Part shown: one piece after another, positions 8,787 to 16,946 of the stretch
How the letters are laid out: each line of letters opens with the position of its first letter
Position numbering within the stretch: position 1 is the stretch's first letter
Assembly: GCA_037440005.1 (NCBI GenBank)
Contig: JBBIUY010000013.1
Span: forward strand, 1 to 23,308
Direction of reading: 5' to 3'
DNA: 23,308 nt
Source: Armatimonadota bacterium
GTDB lineage: Bacteria > Sysuimicrobiota > Sysuimicrobiia > Sysuimicrobiales > Kaftiobacteriaceae
Made by a program: the position numbers and the translations under genes
The notes under the pieces: generated by a model
Database searches by the model: none
What the model saw: the letters and a program-made list of their open reading frames with translations, nothing else
Told to the model about the DNA's origin: nothing

Positions 8787-9803
8787 GTGACGGTCGTTCC
8801 CGCCTCCCCCGGGGTCCGCGTGCGCAGCGGCGCGGTCAGCGGCGCCATCATGGCCGCCGGGCTGCTGTCCGCCCTCACCGCCGGAGCGGTCTACGGGACG
8901 CTGCGCAAGGAGGTGACCGTGGCCGCCTCCGGCCGCACGCTGCGGATGACCACCTACCGGAGCACGGTCCGCGAGGTCCTGCAGGAGGCGGGCGTATTGG
9001 TGGCTCCCTCCGACGAGGTGGACCCGCCGTTAGGCGCGCGGGTGGGGGAGGGGATGCGGATCGTGGTCCGCCCCGCCGTGCCCGTCACCGTGATCGCCGA
9101 CGGCCGGATCCGCGCGCTGCGCACCGCGGCGCCCACCGTCGCCGACCTGCTGGCCCGGCAGGGCCTGCGGCTGGGCCCCGCCGACAAAGTCTATCCGCCG
9201 CCCGGCACCCCCCTCGCCCCGGGCATGAGGGTCCGGGTGGTCCGGATCGAGCACCGGATGGTGGTGGAGCGGGTCGTCGTGCCTTACGACGTCCGCACCC
9301 TGCGCGACTCCTCCGCACCCCGGGGCCTGCTGCGGGTCGTCCGCCCGGGCCGGGAGGGGCTGCGCGAGCGGCTGTGGCGGGTGACGCTGGCCGACGGCGT
9401 GGTGGTGGCCCGCGCGCTGGTGGGCGAGCGGGAGGTCCGGCCGCCGATGGACCGGGTGATCGCGGTGGGCACGGTGGTCCGCATCGCCTCCCGGGGTCCG
9501 TTCGCCGGGCACGAGGTCCTGGAGATGCTGGCCACCGCCTACGCGCCGTTCTGCTGCCCGGGGGTGGACGACATCACCTCCACCGGCATGCGGGCCGGCT
9601 ACGGCGTGGTGGCCGTGGACCCGCGGGTGATCCCCCTGGGCAGCCGGCTGTTCATCGAAGGCTACGGCTACGCCGTCGCCGGGGACGTGGGCGGCCGCAT
9701 CAAGGGTCTGCGCATCGACCTGGGATTCGACACCACCCGGGAAGCCCGCCGCTTCGGCGTCCGGCGGGTGAGGGTGTACATCGTGGAGAGGGGGAGGCTG
9801 TAA
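8787..9803 (+). CDS. yabE: YabE/SpsB-like cell-wall protein (DUF348 repeats, G5, 3D domain)
   Basis: N-terminal hydrophobic segment, two TV..LL...G repeats, G5-like region, 3D domain ATAY..TSTG..VAVDPRVIPLGSRLFIEGYG.AVAGDVGG.IKG.RID; SD GAGGAG 8775-8780; upstream of rsmA. Confidence 0.85.
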   Translation: MTVVPASPGVRVRSGAVSGAIMAAGLLSALTAGAVYGTLRKEVTVAASGRTLRMTTYRSTVREVLQEAGVLVAPSDEVDPPLGARVGEGMRIVVRPAVPVTVIADGRIRALRTAAPTVADLLARQGLRLGPADKVYPPPGTPLAPGMRVRVVRIEHRMVVERVVVPYDVRTLRDSSAPRGLLRVVRPGREGLRERLWRVTLADGVVVARALVGEREVRPPMDRVIAVGTVVRIASRGPFAGHEVLEMLATAYAPFCCPGVDDITSTGMRAGYGVVAVDPRVIPLGSRLFIEGYGYAVAGDVGGRIKGLRIDLGFDTTREARRFGVRRVRVYIVERGRL

Positions 9804-9804
9804 A

Positions 9805-9904
9805 AGGGAAGAGGGAAGAAGGAAAAGGGAAGAGGGGACTGCTCTCCTCTCCCATCTTCCATCTCCCATCTCCCTTTATCCCTCTTCCCTCTTCCCTCTT
9901 CCCT
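9805..9904. repeat. Inverted heptamer tandem-repeat element (AGGGAAG)n ... (CTTCCCT)n
   Basis: Four AGGGAAG-like units 9805-9832, then eight CTCCCAT/CTTCCCT-like units 9849-9904; arms are reverse-complementary. Confidence 0.85.
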
Positions 9905-9911
9905 CCCTAGT

Positions 9912-10808
9912 ATGGAGTCGATGGCCGTCTGGGATCCGGCCTCTCTGGCCTCGCCGGCCGGCACGGCTCGCCTCCTCCGCCAGTTCGGCATCCACCCCCG
10001 CAGGCGGCTGGGCCAGCACTTCCTGGTCAGCCCCGCCGCCCTGGAGACCATCCTCCGGGCGGCCGAACTGGACCGCGGCGACACCGTGCTGGAGGTCGGA
10101 GCCGGGGTGGGCACGCTGACGGCGGCCCTGGCGCACCGCGCGGGGCGCGTGGTGGCCGTGGAGGTGGACCCGGCGGTGCTGCCGGCGCTGCGGGCCGTGG
10201 TGGCGCGCTACCCCCACGTTCAGGTGGTCCACGCCGACGTGATGGCCGTCGACCTGGCCTCCCTGCTGCCGGCGGGCGGGGTGCGCAAGGTGGTGGCCAA
10301 CCTGCCGTACCGCATCGCCTCGCCGCTGGTGGTGAGGCTGCTGGATCCCTCCCTGGACATCTGTCGGCTGGTCCTGACGGTGCAGCGGGAAGTGGCGGAC
10401 CGGATGGCGGCTCAGGCGGGCAGTCCCGACTACGGCGTGCTGTCGGTCCTGGTGCAGTCCCGGGCGACGGTGACCGTGGTCCGGCACCTGCCGCCGGGAG
10501 CGTTTTACCCTCCTCCCGAGGTGGAGTCGACGGTGGTGCGGCTGGACCCGCACCACCGGCCTCCCTACGGACCGGGAGAGGAGGACCTGTTCGTCCGGGT
10601 GGTCCGGGCCGCCTTCGCCCAGCGGCGGAAGACGCTGCGCAACGCCCTGGCCTCCGCGCACGTGGCGCCCGCCGAGGCCGCGGCCGCCTGCGCCCGGGCG
10701 GGGATCGACCCCGGCCGCCGGGGGGAGACGCTGACCCTGCAGGAGTTCGCCGCCCTGGCCCGGGCCGTGGGGGAGATCGCCGGGGCGGGGGCGGCGGGGA
10801 GGAGATGA
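9912..10808 (+). CDS. rsmA: 16S rRNA adenine dimethyltransferase (KsgA)
   Basis: RRLGQHFL, VLEVGAGVGTLT, VAVEVD, VVANLPYRI, FYPPPEVES, FAQRRKTLRNAL, RRGETL. Alternative start ATG 9921. Confidence 0.95.
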   Translation: MESMAVWDPASLASPAGTARLLRQFGIHPRRRLGQHFLVSPAALETILRAAELDRGDTVLEVGAGVGTLTAALAHRAGRVVAVEVDPAVLPALRAVVARYPHVQVVHADVMAVDLASLLPAGGVRKVVANLPYRIASPLVVRLLDPSLDICRLVLTVQREVADRMAAQAGSPDYGVLSVLVQSRATVTVVRHLPPGAFYPPPEVESTVVRLDPHHRPPYGPGEEDLFVRVVRAAFAQRRKTLRNALASAHVAPAEAAAACARAGIDPGRRGETLTLQEFAALARAVGEIAGAGAAGRR

Positions 10809-12034
10809 CGGTGATCGACTACGCCTCGTACTACTCGGCGGCGGCGCGGGGGATGACCCGGTCGCTGATCCGCGAGCTGCTGACCCTCACCCGGCGTCGG
10901 GAGCTGATCTCCTTCGCCGGCGGCCTGCCCGATCCGGCCACGTTCCCCGTGGCCGAACTGCGCGAGGTCGCGGCGCGGGTGCTGGAGACCGACGCCGCCC
11001 TGGCCCTGCAGTACGGCCCCACCGAAGGCGACCCCCGGCTACGGGCCGAGCTGGTCCGCTGGATGGCCAAGGACGGCATCCGCGCCACCGGCGACCAGGT
11101 GCTGGTGACCACCGGCTCCCAGCAGGGTCTGGACATCCTGGGGCGGATCCTGCTGGATCCGGGCGACGTGGTGGTGGTGGAGATCCCCTCCTACATGGCG
11201 GCCCTGCAGGTGCTCCGCAGCTACCGGGCCGAGATGGTGGGCGTGCCCCAGGACGACGACGGCCTGCGCACCGACCTGCTGGAGCAGACCCTGGCCCGGC
11301 TGCGGGGGCAGGGGCGGCGGCCCAAGTTCATCTACGTGGTGCCGGACTTCCAGAATCCCTCCGGCGTCACCCTGGCGGCGGACCGGCGGCGCCGCCTGCT
11401 GGAGCTGGCGCGGGAGTTCGACACCCTGGTGGTGGAGGACAACCCGTACCGCGAGCTGCGCTACGAGGGGCAGGCGCCCCCGCCCCTGGCGGCCCTGGAC
11501 ACCGACGGCCGCGTCATTTACCTGTCCACCTTCAGCAAGACCCTCTGCCCGGGCCTGCGCATCGGCTGGCTGGCGGCCCCCGACGAGGTGGTGCGCCAGT
11601 GCGTCACGGCCAAGCAGGGCATGGACCTGTGCTGTCCCTCCCTCACCCAGGCGGTGGCCGCCGAGTTCTGCGCCGCCGGACACATCTACGCCCGGCTGCC
11701 GGCGCTGGTGGACCGGTACCGGCGCAAGCGCGACGCGATGCTGAAGGCGCTCGCCGACGAGATGCCGCCCGGCGTCCGGTGGACGCGCCCGGCGGGAGGG
11801 CTGTTCCTCTGGGTGCAGCTGCCCGACGGGATGGACACCGAGGCCCTGCTGCCCGAGGCCATCCACGACGAGGGCGTGGCCTACGTGGTGGGCACCGGCT
11901 TTCACGTGGACGGCGGGGGACAGACCGCCATGCGCCTGAACTTCTCGTTCCCCTCCGAGGCGCAGATCCGTGAGGGAGTGCAGCGTCTGGCCCGGGTGAT
12001 CCGCCGGCACCTGCCCGCCGGCTCCCGGCGCTAG
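10805..12034 (+). CDS. PLP-dependent class I aminotransferase (LysN/2-aminoadipate transaminase-like)
   Basis: ISFAGGLPDP, LQYGPTEG, TTGSQQGLD, PDFQNPSG, VEDNPY, STFSKTLCPGLRIGW (PLP lysine); no HTH; ATGA overlap with rsmA stop. Confidence 0.88.
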   Translation: MTVIDYASYYSAAARGMTRSLIRELLTLTRRRELISFAGGLPDPATFPVAELREVAARVLETDAALALQYGPTEGDPRLRAELVRWMAKDGIRATGDQVLVTTGSQQGLDILGRILLDPGDVVVVEIPSYMAALQVLRSYRAEMVGVPQDDDGLRTDLLEQTLARLRGQGRRPKFIYVVPDFQNPSGVTLAADRRRRLLELAREFDTLVVEDNPYRELRYEGQAPPPLAALDTDGRVIYLSTFSKTLCPGLRIGWLAAPDEVVRQCVTAKQGMDLCCPSLTQAVAAEFCAAGHIYARLPALVDRYRRKRDAMLKALADEMPPGVRWTRPAGGLFLWVQLPDGMDTEALLPEAIHDEGVAYVVGTGFHVDGGGQTAMRLNFSFPSEAQIREGVQRLARVIRRHLPAGSRR

Positions 12035-13332
12035 GGGTGGGAGGGTGCGGGCCGCCGGTCCAGCCGGGCGGCCCGGCGCAGGGCGGGGGCCAGATCCCGG
12101 GCCACCACCACGGTGATGTCCGGACGCCCGGCCTCCTGGCGGGTCACGACGCCGGAACCCAGCAGATCGGCCAGCGCCTGAGCCACCTCCGGATGGCCGG
12201 ACCGGTCGACGACCTCGGTGCGGGCCGCCGGCGGCGCCGTCCCCACCCGGACCACCCGGAACCCCACGCGTTCCAGCCGCGCGGCGGTCTCCCGGGCCAG
12301 CCCCGGCACCCCGCTGCCGTTGAGCACCTCCACCGTGGTGGAGGCCAGCACCTGCGGGTCGACTCCCAGGAACATCTCCGCCACCAGCGCCCGGGTCCGG
12401 GCCAGGTCGGCGAACACGTATACCGGTCCCACCTGGCCCGGCACGGTGGCGGTGTGGAGGGCGTCGGGCGGCAGGCGGACGGCGAACAGGCCCAGGCCGA
12501 CCAGCTCCCGCAGGGAGAGGTTGGTCTGGGTGTACCGGGCCGCCGCCTGCGCCAGCCGGGGAGCGGCGGCCAGCGCCGCCGGCGAGCGCAGGTGGTCCAC
12601 TAGGGCCCGCAGCACCTGCTGCTGGCGGCGGATCCGCCCGATGTCGCCCTCGGCGTCGTGGCGGAAGCGGATGTAGTGCATCGCCTGCTCGCCGCTCAGG
12701 CGCTGGCGGCCGCGGCGGAGGTTGATGTACAGGCCGGCCCACCGGTCGGTGTAGGTCATGTCCTTCTCCACGTCCACCTCGATGCCCCCCAGGGCGTCGA
12801 TCAGGCGGGCGAAGGACTGGGGTCCCAGCTTCACGTAGTAGTGCACCGGGACCCCCAGGAACTCCTCGACGGTGCGGATGGTGAGGCCCGGCCCCCCGAA
12901 CGCGTAGGCCGCGTTGATCTTGGCCTCGCCCACGCCCGGGATGGTGACCAGGGTGTCCCGGGGAATGGACAGCACGCTGACGCGCCGCCGCATCGGGTCG
13001 AAGCCCACCAGCATCAGCGTGTCCGACCGCGCCACCGGGACGACCTGGCGGCGGGTGTCCAGGGTCACGTCCACCCCGATGAGCAGGACCGTGGTGCGCC
13101 GCGCCAGCCGCGCGGGCCAGGCGACCGGGCTGTGGCGGGGAGGGCTCACCACCACCCCGCCGCCCAGCGGCCCCCGGGAGCCGGTGGCGGCCAGCAGCAG
13201 GCCCGCCACCAGGCCGGCCAGGACGACCGGCACGGCCAGCGCCGCCCACCGGGCGTACCGCCACCAGCGGACGGGTCCCGCCGCGGGCGGGCGAGGCGGG
13301 CGTGGGTGAGGACGACCGGGCAGCGACTCCAT
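12031..13332 (-). CDS. LCP (LytR-CpsA-Psr) family protein with LytR C-terminal domain
   Basis: N-terminal TM helix, VLLIGVD, RSDTLML, LSIPRDT, KINAAY, YIRFRH, DIGRIRRQQQVL; C-terminal VEVLNGSGVPGLA and DITVVV. Confidence 0.92.
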   Translation of the reverse strand: MESLPGRPHPRPPRPPAAGPVRWWRYARWAALAVPVVLAGLVAGLLLAATGSRGPLGGGVVVSPPRHSPVAWPARLARRTTVLLIGVDVTLDTRRQVVPVARSDTLMLVGFDPMRRRVSVLSIPRDTLVTIPGVGEAKINAAYAFGGPGLTIRTVEEFLGVPVHYYVKLGPQSFARLIDALGGIEVDVEKDMTYTDRWAGLYINLRRGRQRLSGEQAMHYIRFRHDAEGDIGRIRRQQQVLRALVDHLRSPAALAAAPRLAQAAARYTQTNLSLRELVGLGLFAVRLPPDALHTATVPGQVGPVYVFADLARTRALVAEMFLGVDPQVLASTTVEVLNGSGVPGLARETAARLERVGFRVVRVGTAPPAARTEVVDRSGHPEVAQALADLLGSGVVTRQEAGRPDITVVVARDLAPALRRAARLDRRPAPSHP

Positions 13333-13406
13333 GGTGTCGCAGCAGCGGCCGGCAGGCCGCGCGCAGCGCGGGCTCCGACGCGCTCCCGGAGCCCGCGGCG
13401 GCTTTT

Positions 13407-13435
13407 ATCATAGGACATCCCCCGCGCCGGAGCAA
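13407..13435 (-). promoter_or_regulatory. Sigma70/SigA-type promoter for the LCP gene
   Basis: Minus strand TTGCTC (13430-13435)-17 nt-TATGAT (13407-13412). Confidence 0.75.
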
Positions 13436-13734
13436 CGCGGCGGGCCGCGGACCGGACCGGGCGGAGGAGTTCGGGCGGCGGGCACCTAAACCCACCCTCG
13501 GACGATTCCGACCTGCGGGCAGGAGGACGCCTCCATCGGCGGTCGCAGTCCACGCCTTCGGGCCGACGCCCGGCTCCCATCTGTCGGCGGCCCGCGCGCC
13601 GCGCCCGGACCGACGCTCCGACCGGTCTCCCCGGACGCCCGGACGACCCCGCCCACCGTCCCCGCGTCCGCCCGCCCCGAAGACGGCGCACCCTCTCTGC
13701 GGCGGGGCGCCCGCCGGTGGAAGGAGGAACGTCG

Positions 13735-14601
13735 GTGAAGGAACTGCGGCTGCACGCCTATGCCAAGGTCAACCTGACCCTGGACGTGCTCGGCGAGCGC
13801 GGCGACGGCTACCACGACGTGGAAACCGTCCTGCACACCGTCGCCCTGCACGACATCCTGATTTTGCGGGAAGCCGGGGACGGGGTGGAGCTGGTGGTGC
13901 GGGACAGCGACGTCCCCGCCGACCACCGCAACCTGGTCGTCCGGGCCGCCCAGCTGGTGCGGGAGACCTTCCAGGTGGACCGCGGGGTGCAGATCGAGCT
14001 GCACAAGCGCATCCCGGCGGCGGCGGGCCTGGGCGGCGGCAGCGCCGACGCGGCCGTCACGCTGCTGGGGCTGGCGCAGATGTGGAAACTGCGGGTGGAC
14101 GGCCGGACCCTGGCCGGCTTAGCGGCCCAGCTGGGGTCGGACGTGCCGTTTTTCCTGGAGGGAGGGGCGGCGCTGGCCCGGGGCCGAGGGGAACGTCTCG
14201 AGCCCCTGCCGCCTCTGCCCACCACCTGGGTGGTCCTCGGCCGGCCCCGCCTTCCGGTGGCCACCGAGTGGGCCTACCGCCAGCTGCGCGCCTTCGCCAT
14301 CACCGCCCGTCCGGACACCGCGGCCATGGTGGACGCCCTGCGGCGGGAGGACGTGCGTCAGGTCGGCCGGCTGCTGTGCAACGTCTTCGAGGACGTGGTG
14401 GCGGCGGTCCACCCGGTGATCCGGGAGATCAAACAGACCATCCTCGCCGGCGAGGCGTACGGGGCGGCGCTGTCGGGGACCGGCCCCACCGTCTACGGGC
14501 TGATGGCCAACGAGGCGGCCGCCCGCAAGGTGGCCGACGACCTGGCCGCCCTGCCCGACGTGGACGTCATCGTCACCCGGACCTTTGCCGAGGCCCGCTG
14601 A
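13735..14601 (+). CDS. ispE: 4-diphosphocytidyl-2-C-methyl-D-erythritol kinase
   Basis: AYAKVNLTLDV, DGYH, KRIPAAAGLGGGSADAA, LGSDVPFF, LSGTGPTV; GTG 13735 with SD AAGGAGG at 13721-13727. Confidence 0.95.
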   Translation: MKELRLHAYAKVNLTLDVLGERGDGYHDVETVLHTVALHDILILREAGDGVELVVRDSDVPADHRNLVVRAAQLVRETFQVDRGVQIELHKRIPAAAGLGGGSADAAVTLLGLAQMWKLRVDGRTLAGLAAQLGSDVPFFLEGGAALARGRGERLEPLPPLPTTWVVLGRPRLPVATEWAYRQLRAFAITARPDTAAMVDALRREDVRQVGRLLCNVFEDVVAAVHPVIREIKQTILAGEAYGAALSGTGPTVYGLMANEAAARKVADDLAALPDVDVIVTRTFAEAR

Positions 14602-14614
14602 CCGACTCTCTCCC

Positions 14615-15370
14615 ATGGTGGACGCCGTCGTCCTGGCCGGAGGGGGGACCGAGCCGGGGCTGCCGCCGGACGTGCCCAACAAGGCTTTCCTGCCGGTCCG
14701 CGGTCGCCCGCTGCTGGCGTACGTGCTGGACGCCCTGCGGGCCAGCCCCGGCGTCGGCCGCATCGCGGTGGTGGGCCCCGACGCCGCGAGGTCCTGGCTG
14801 CCCCCCGGCGTCGTCCACGTGCCCGACACGGGGGCGCTGATGGAGAACGTGGCGGCCGCCCTGCGGGTCCTGGGGTCGGAGACGCCCGTGCTGGTGGTGG
14901 CGTCGGACATTCCGCTGCTCACCCCGGAGGCGGTGGAGGAGTTCCTGGCCGCCTGCCGGGCCGCCCCCGCCGACTTCCACTACGCCATCGTCCCCCAGGA
15001 CGCGGTGGAGCGCGCGTTCCCCGGCGCCCAGAAGACCTACGTGACGGTGGCCGACGGCACGTTCACCGGAGGCAGCGTGATGCTGGTGCGGCCCCAGGTC
15101 ATCGAGCGGGTGCGGCCGCTGGTGGAGCGCCTGATCGCCGCCCGCAAGAAGCCCTGGCTGCTCGCCCAGGCGTTCGGGTGGGCCGTGGTCCTCAAGTTCG
15201 CCTCGGGGCGTCTGAGTATCGCGGAGATGATGAAGCGGGTGGCCGACCTGGCGGGCATCGCCGCCCGCGCGGTCATCCTGCCCCGGCCGGAGGTGGCCCT
15301 GGACGTGGACGCCGGCAAGCCCCACAACCTTGCGCTGATCGCCCGGGCGCTGGACCGGCGGGGAGGGTAG
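14615..15370 (+). CDS. MobA-like nucleotidyltransferase family protein, unknown substrate
   Basis: DAVVLAGG, NKAFLPVRGRPLLAYVLDAL, SDIPLL, LDVD; start ATG 14615. Confidence 0.82.
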   Translation: MVDAVVLAGGGTEPGLPPDVPNKAFLPVRGRPLLAYVLDALRASPGVGRIAVVGPDAARSWLPPGVVHVPDTGALMENVAAALRVLGSETPVLVVASDIPLLTPEAVEEFLAACRAAPADFHYAIVPQDAVERAFPGAQKTYVTVADGTFTGGSVMLVRPQVIERVRPLVERLIAARKKPWLLAQAFGWAVVLKFASGRLSIAEMMKRVADLAGIAARAVILPRPEVALDVDAGKPHNLALIARALDRRGG

Positions 15371-15376
15371 GCTGCC

Positions 15377-16219
15377 GTGGCCCGCCGCGCCCGCCGCGGC
15401 CGCCTGCGCCGGGGGGAGAGGATGGTGGTGATGGCCCACCACCTGTTTCACGCCCCGCGGCGTCTCTTTTCCCTGGGCACCTTCAGCGAGATGCTGGCGG
15501 CCGCCAAGTCGACCATCAGCGAGGACCTGGGGTTCATGCGCGGCGCGCTGGAACGGTTCCAGCTGGGGACGGTGGAGACCCTGCCGGGCGCCGCCGGAGG
15601 CGTCCGCTACGTCCCCTGGCGGGGCAAGGACGCGGTGCGGGCGCTGGTGGAGGAGGTCTGCCAGCGGTTGCGGGACCCGTCGCGCCTGCTACCGGGAGGG
15701 TTCCTGTACACCGCCGACGTGGTGGCCACCCCGCACTACGCCGCCGCCCTGGGGGAGGCGCTGGCGGGATTCTTTGAGGACCCCCGGCCGGACGTGGTCC
15801 TGACCATGGAGGTCAAGGGCATCCCCCTGGCCCTGATGGTGGCCCGGGCCTTCGACGTCCCCCTGGTGATCGCCCGCCGGGGGGCGCACGTCACGGACGG
15901 GCCCGCGGTGAGCGTGAACTACGTCTCGGGTTCCTCCCGGATGGTCCAGTCCATGACGCTGCCCCTGCGGGCCGTCCCGCCGGGCGCGCGGGTCCTGTTC
16001 GTGGACGACTTCCTGCGGGGCGGGGGCACCGCCCGGGGCGTGTACGACCTGATGCGCGAGGTCCGGGCCGAGGTGGTCGGCGTGGGCGTCCTGGTGGAAG
16101 CCGCCGTCCCCCGCCCCAAGATGGTGGAGCGGTACGTCTCCCTCATCGAGTTCGCCGGCGCCGGCCCCGGCGGCGAGGTGCTGGTCTCCCCCAGCCGGTG
16201 GGTGCGGGCGGGACCCTAG
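15377..16219 (+). CDS. purR: Bacillus-type pur operon repressor (wHTH + PRTase-like domain)
   Basis: RRGERMV, AAKSTISEDL, GAAGGVRYVP, RLLPGGFLY, KGIPLA, VSVNYVSGSS, VLFVDDFLRGGGT. Confidence 0.92.
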   Translation: MARRARRGRLRRGERMVVMAHHLFHAPRRLFSLGTFSEMLAAAKSTISEDLGFMRGALERFQLGTVETLPGAAGGVRYVPWRGKDAVRALVEEVCQRLRDPSRLLPGGFLYTADVVATPHYAAALGEALAGFFEDPRPDVVLTMEVKGIPLALMVARAFDVPLVIARRGAHVTDGPAVSVNYVSGSSRMVQSMTLPLRAVPPGARVLFVDDFLRGGGTARGVYDLMREVRAEVVGVGVLVEAAVPRPKMVERYVSLIEFAGAGPGGEVLVSPSRWVRAGP

Positions 16220-16271
16220 GACTCCCCCGCCGGCCCGATCCCTCTTCCTGTCCTCCGGGGCGAGCGGGGTC

Positions 16272-16300
16272 TTGCGCCCGGCGGGCGCGGGTGCTAGGCT
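16272..16300 (+). promoter_or_regulatory. Sigma70-type promoter for the TetR-efflux operon
   Basis: TTGCGC (16272-16277)-17 nt-TAGGCT (16295-16300) with extended TG. Confidence 0.6.
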
Positions 16301-16310
16301 GGGTGCCAGC

Positions 16311-16946
16311 ATGCACTTGCTTGCAGACCCCGACCCCACCCGGGCCCGGCTGCTGCGGGCCGGCCTGCAGCTGCTGGCCGAGCGGGGCTACCGGGGCGCC
16401 ACGACCCGGGAGATCGCCCGCCGGGCCGGGCTGAACGAGGTCACCCTGTTCCGCCACTTCGGGGGCAAAGACGCCCTGCTACGGGCCGCCCTGCAGCGCC
16501 TCAGCCCGCCCGCCGAGAGGCTGGTCCCGGCGGCGGGGCCTGACGTGGCCGCGGACCTGCGGGTCCTCGCGCGCAACTACCTGGCCCTGATCGAGGAGAA
16601 CCAGGGGTTCATCCTGCGGCTGCTGCCCGAGCTGCTGCGCCACCGGTCCCTGCGGGGGGACCACCCGCCGGAGGGGTTCGCCCGGACCCTGAACGCCGTG
16701 GTCGCCTTCTTCCGGGAGCACCAGAACCGGGGACATCTGGCCGCCGTCGAGTCCCCCGCCCAGATGGCGCTGGCGTTCCTGGGTCCGCTGTTCGCGCGGC
16801 TGCTGCTCGCCGAGGGCGTGGGGGTGCGGCTGTCATTGGACATCCCGGCCTACGTGCGGGGCTACCTGCGGGGGCGAGGGGCGCTCCCCGGGACGGGCCG
16901 CGGCCGCCTTGGGAGAGGCAGGTCGGTGAAGGGGGGACCGTCGTGA
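16311..16946 (+). CDS. TetR/AcrR family transcriptional regulator
   Basis: TRARLLRAGLQLLAERGYRGATTREIARRAGLNEVTLFRHFGGKDALL HTH; start ATG 16311 just downstream of the promoter. Confidence 0.9.
   Translation: MHLLADPDPTRARLLRAGLQLLAERGYRGATTREIARRAGLNEVTLFRHFGGKDALLRAALQRLSPPAERLVPAAGPDVAADLRVLARNYLALIEENQGFILRLLPELLRHRSLRGDHPPEGFARTLNAVVAFFREHQNRGHLAAVESPAQMALAFLGPLFARLLLAEGVGVRLSLDIPAYVRGYLRGRGALPGTGRGRLGRGRSVKGGPS

Noticed and set aside
9805..9904. CRISPR array
   Set aside because: Contiguous 7-nt units without unique spacers; no cas genes.
16224..16273. Intrinsic terminator after purR
   Set aside because: Short CCCCGC/GCGGGG stem with a long loop and no real U-tract.
16303..16326. TetR operator palindrome around the start codon
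   Set aside because: Only 4-bp arms (GTGC..GCAC, TGCA..TGCA); too weak to call.
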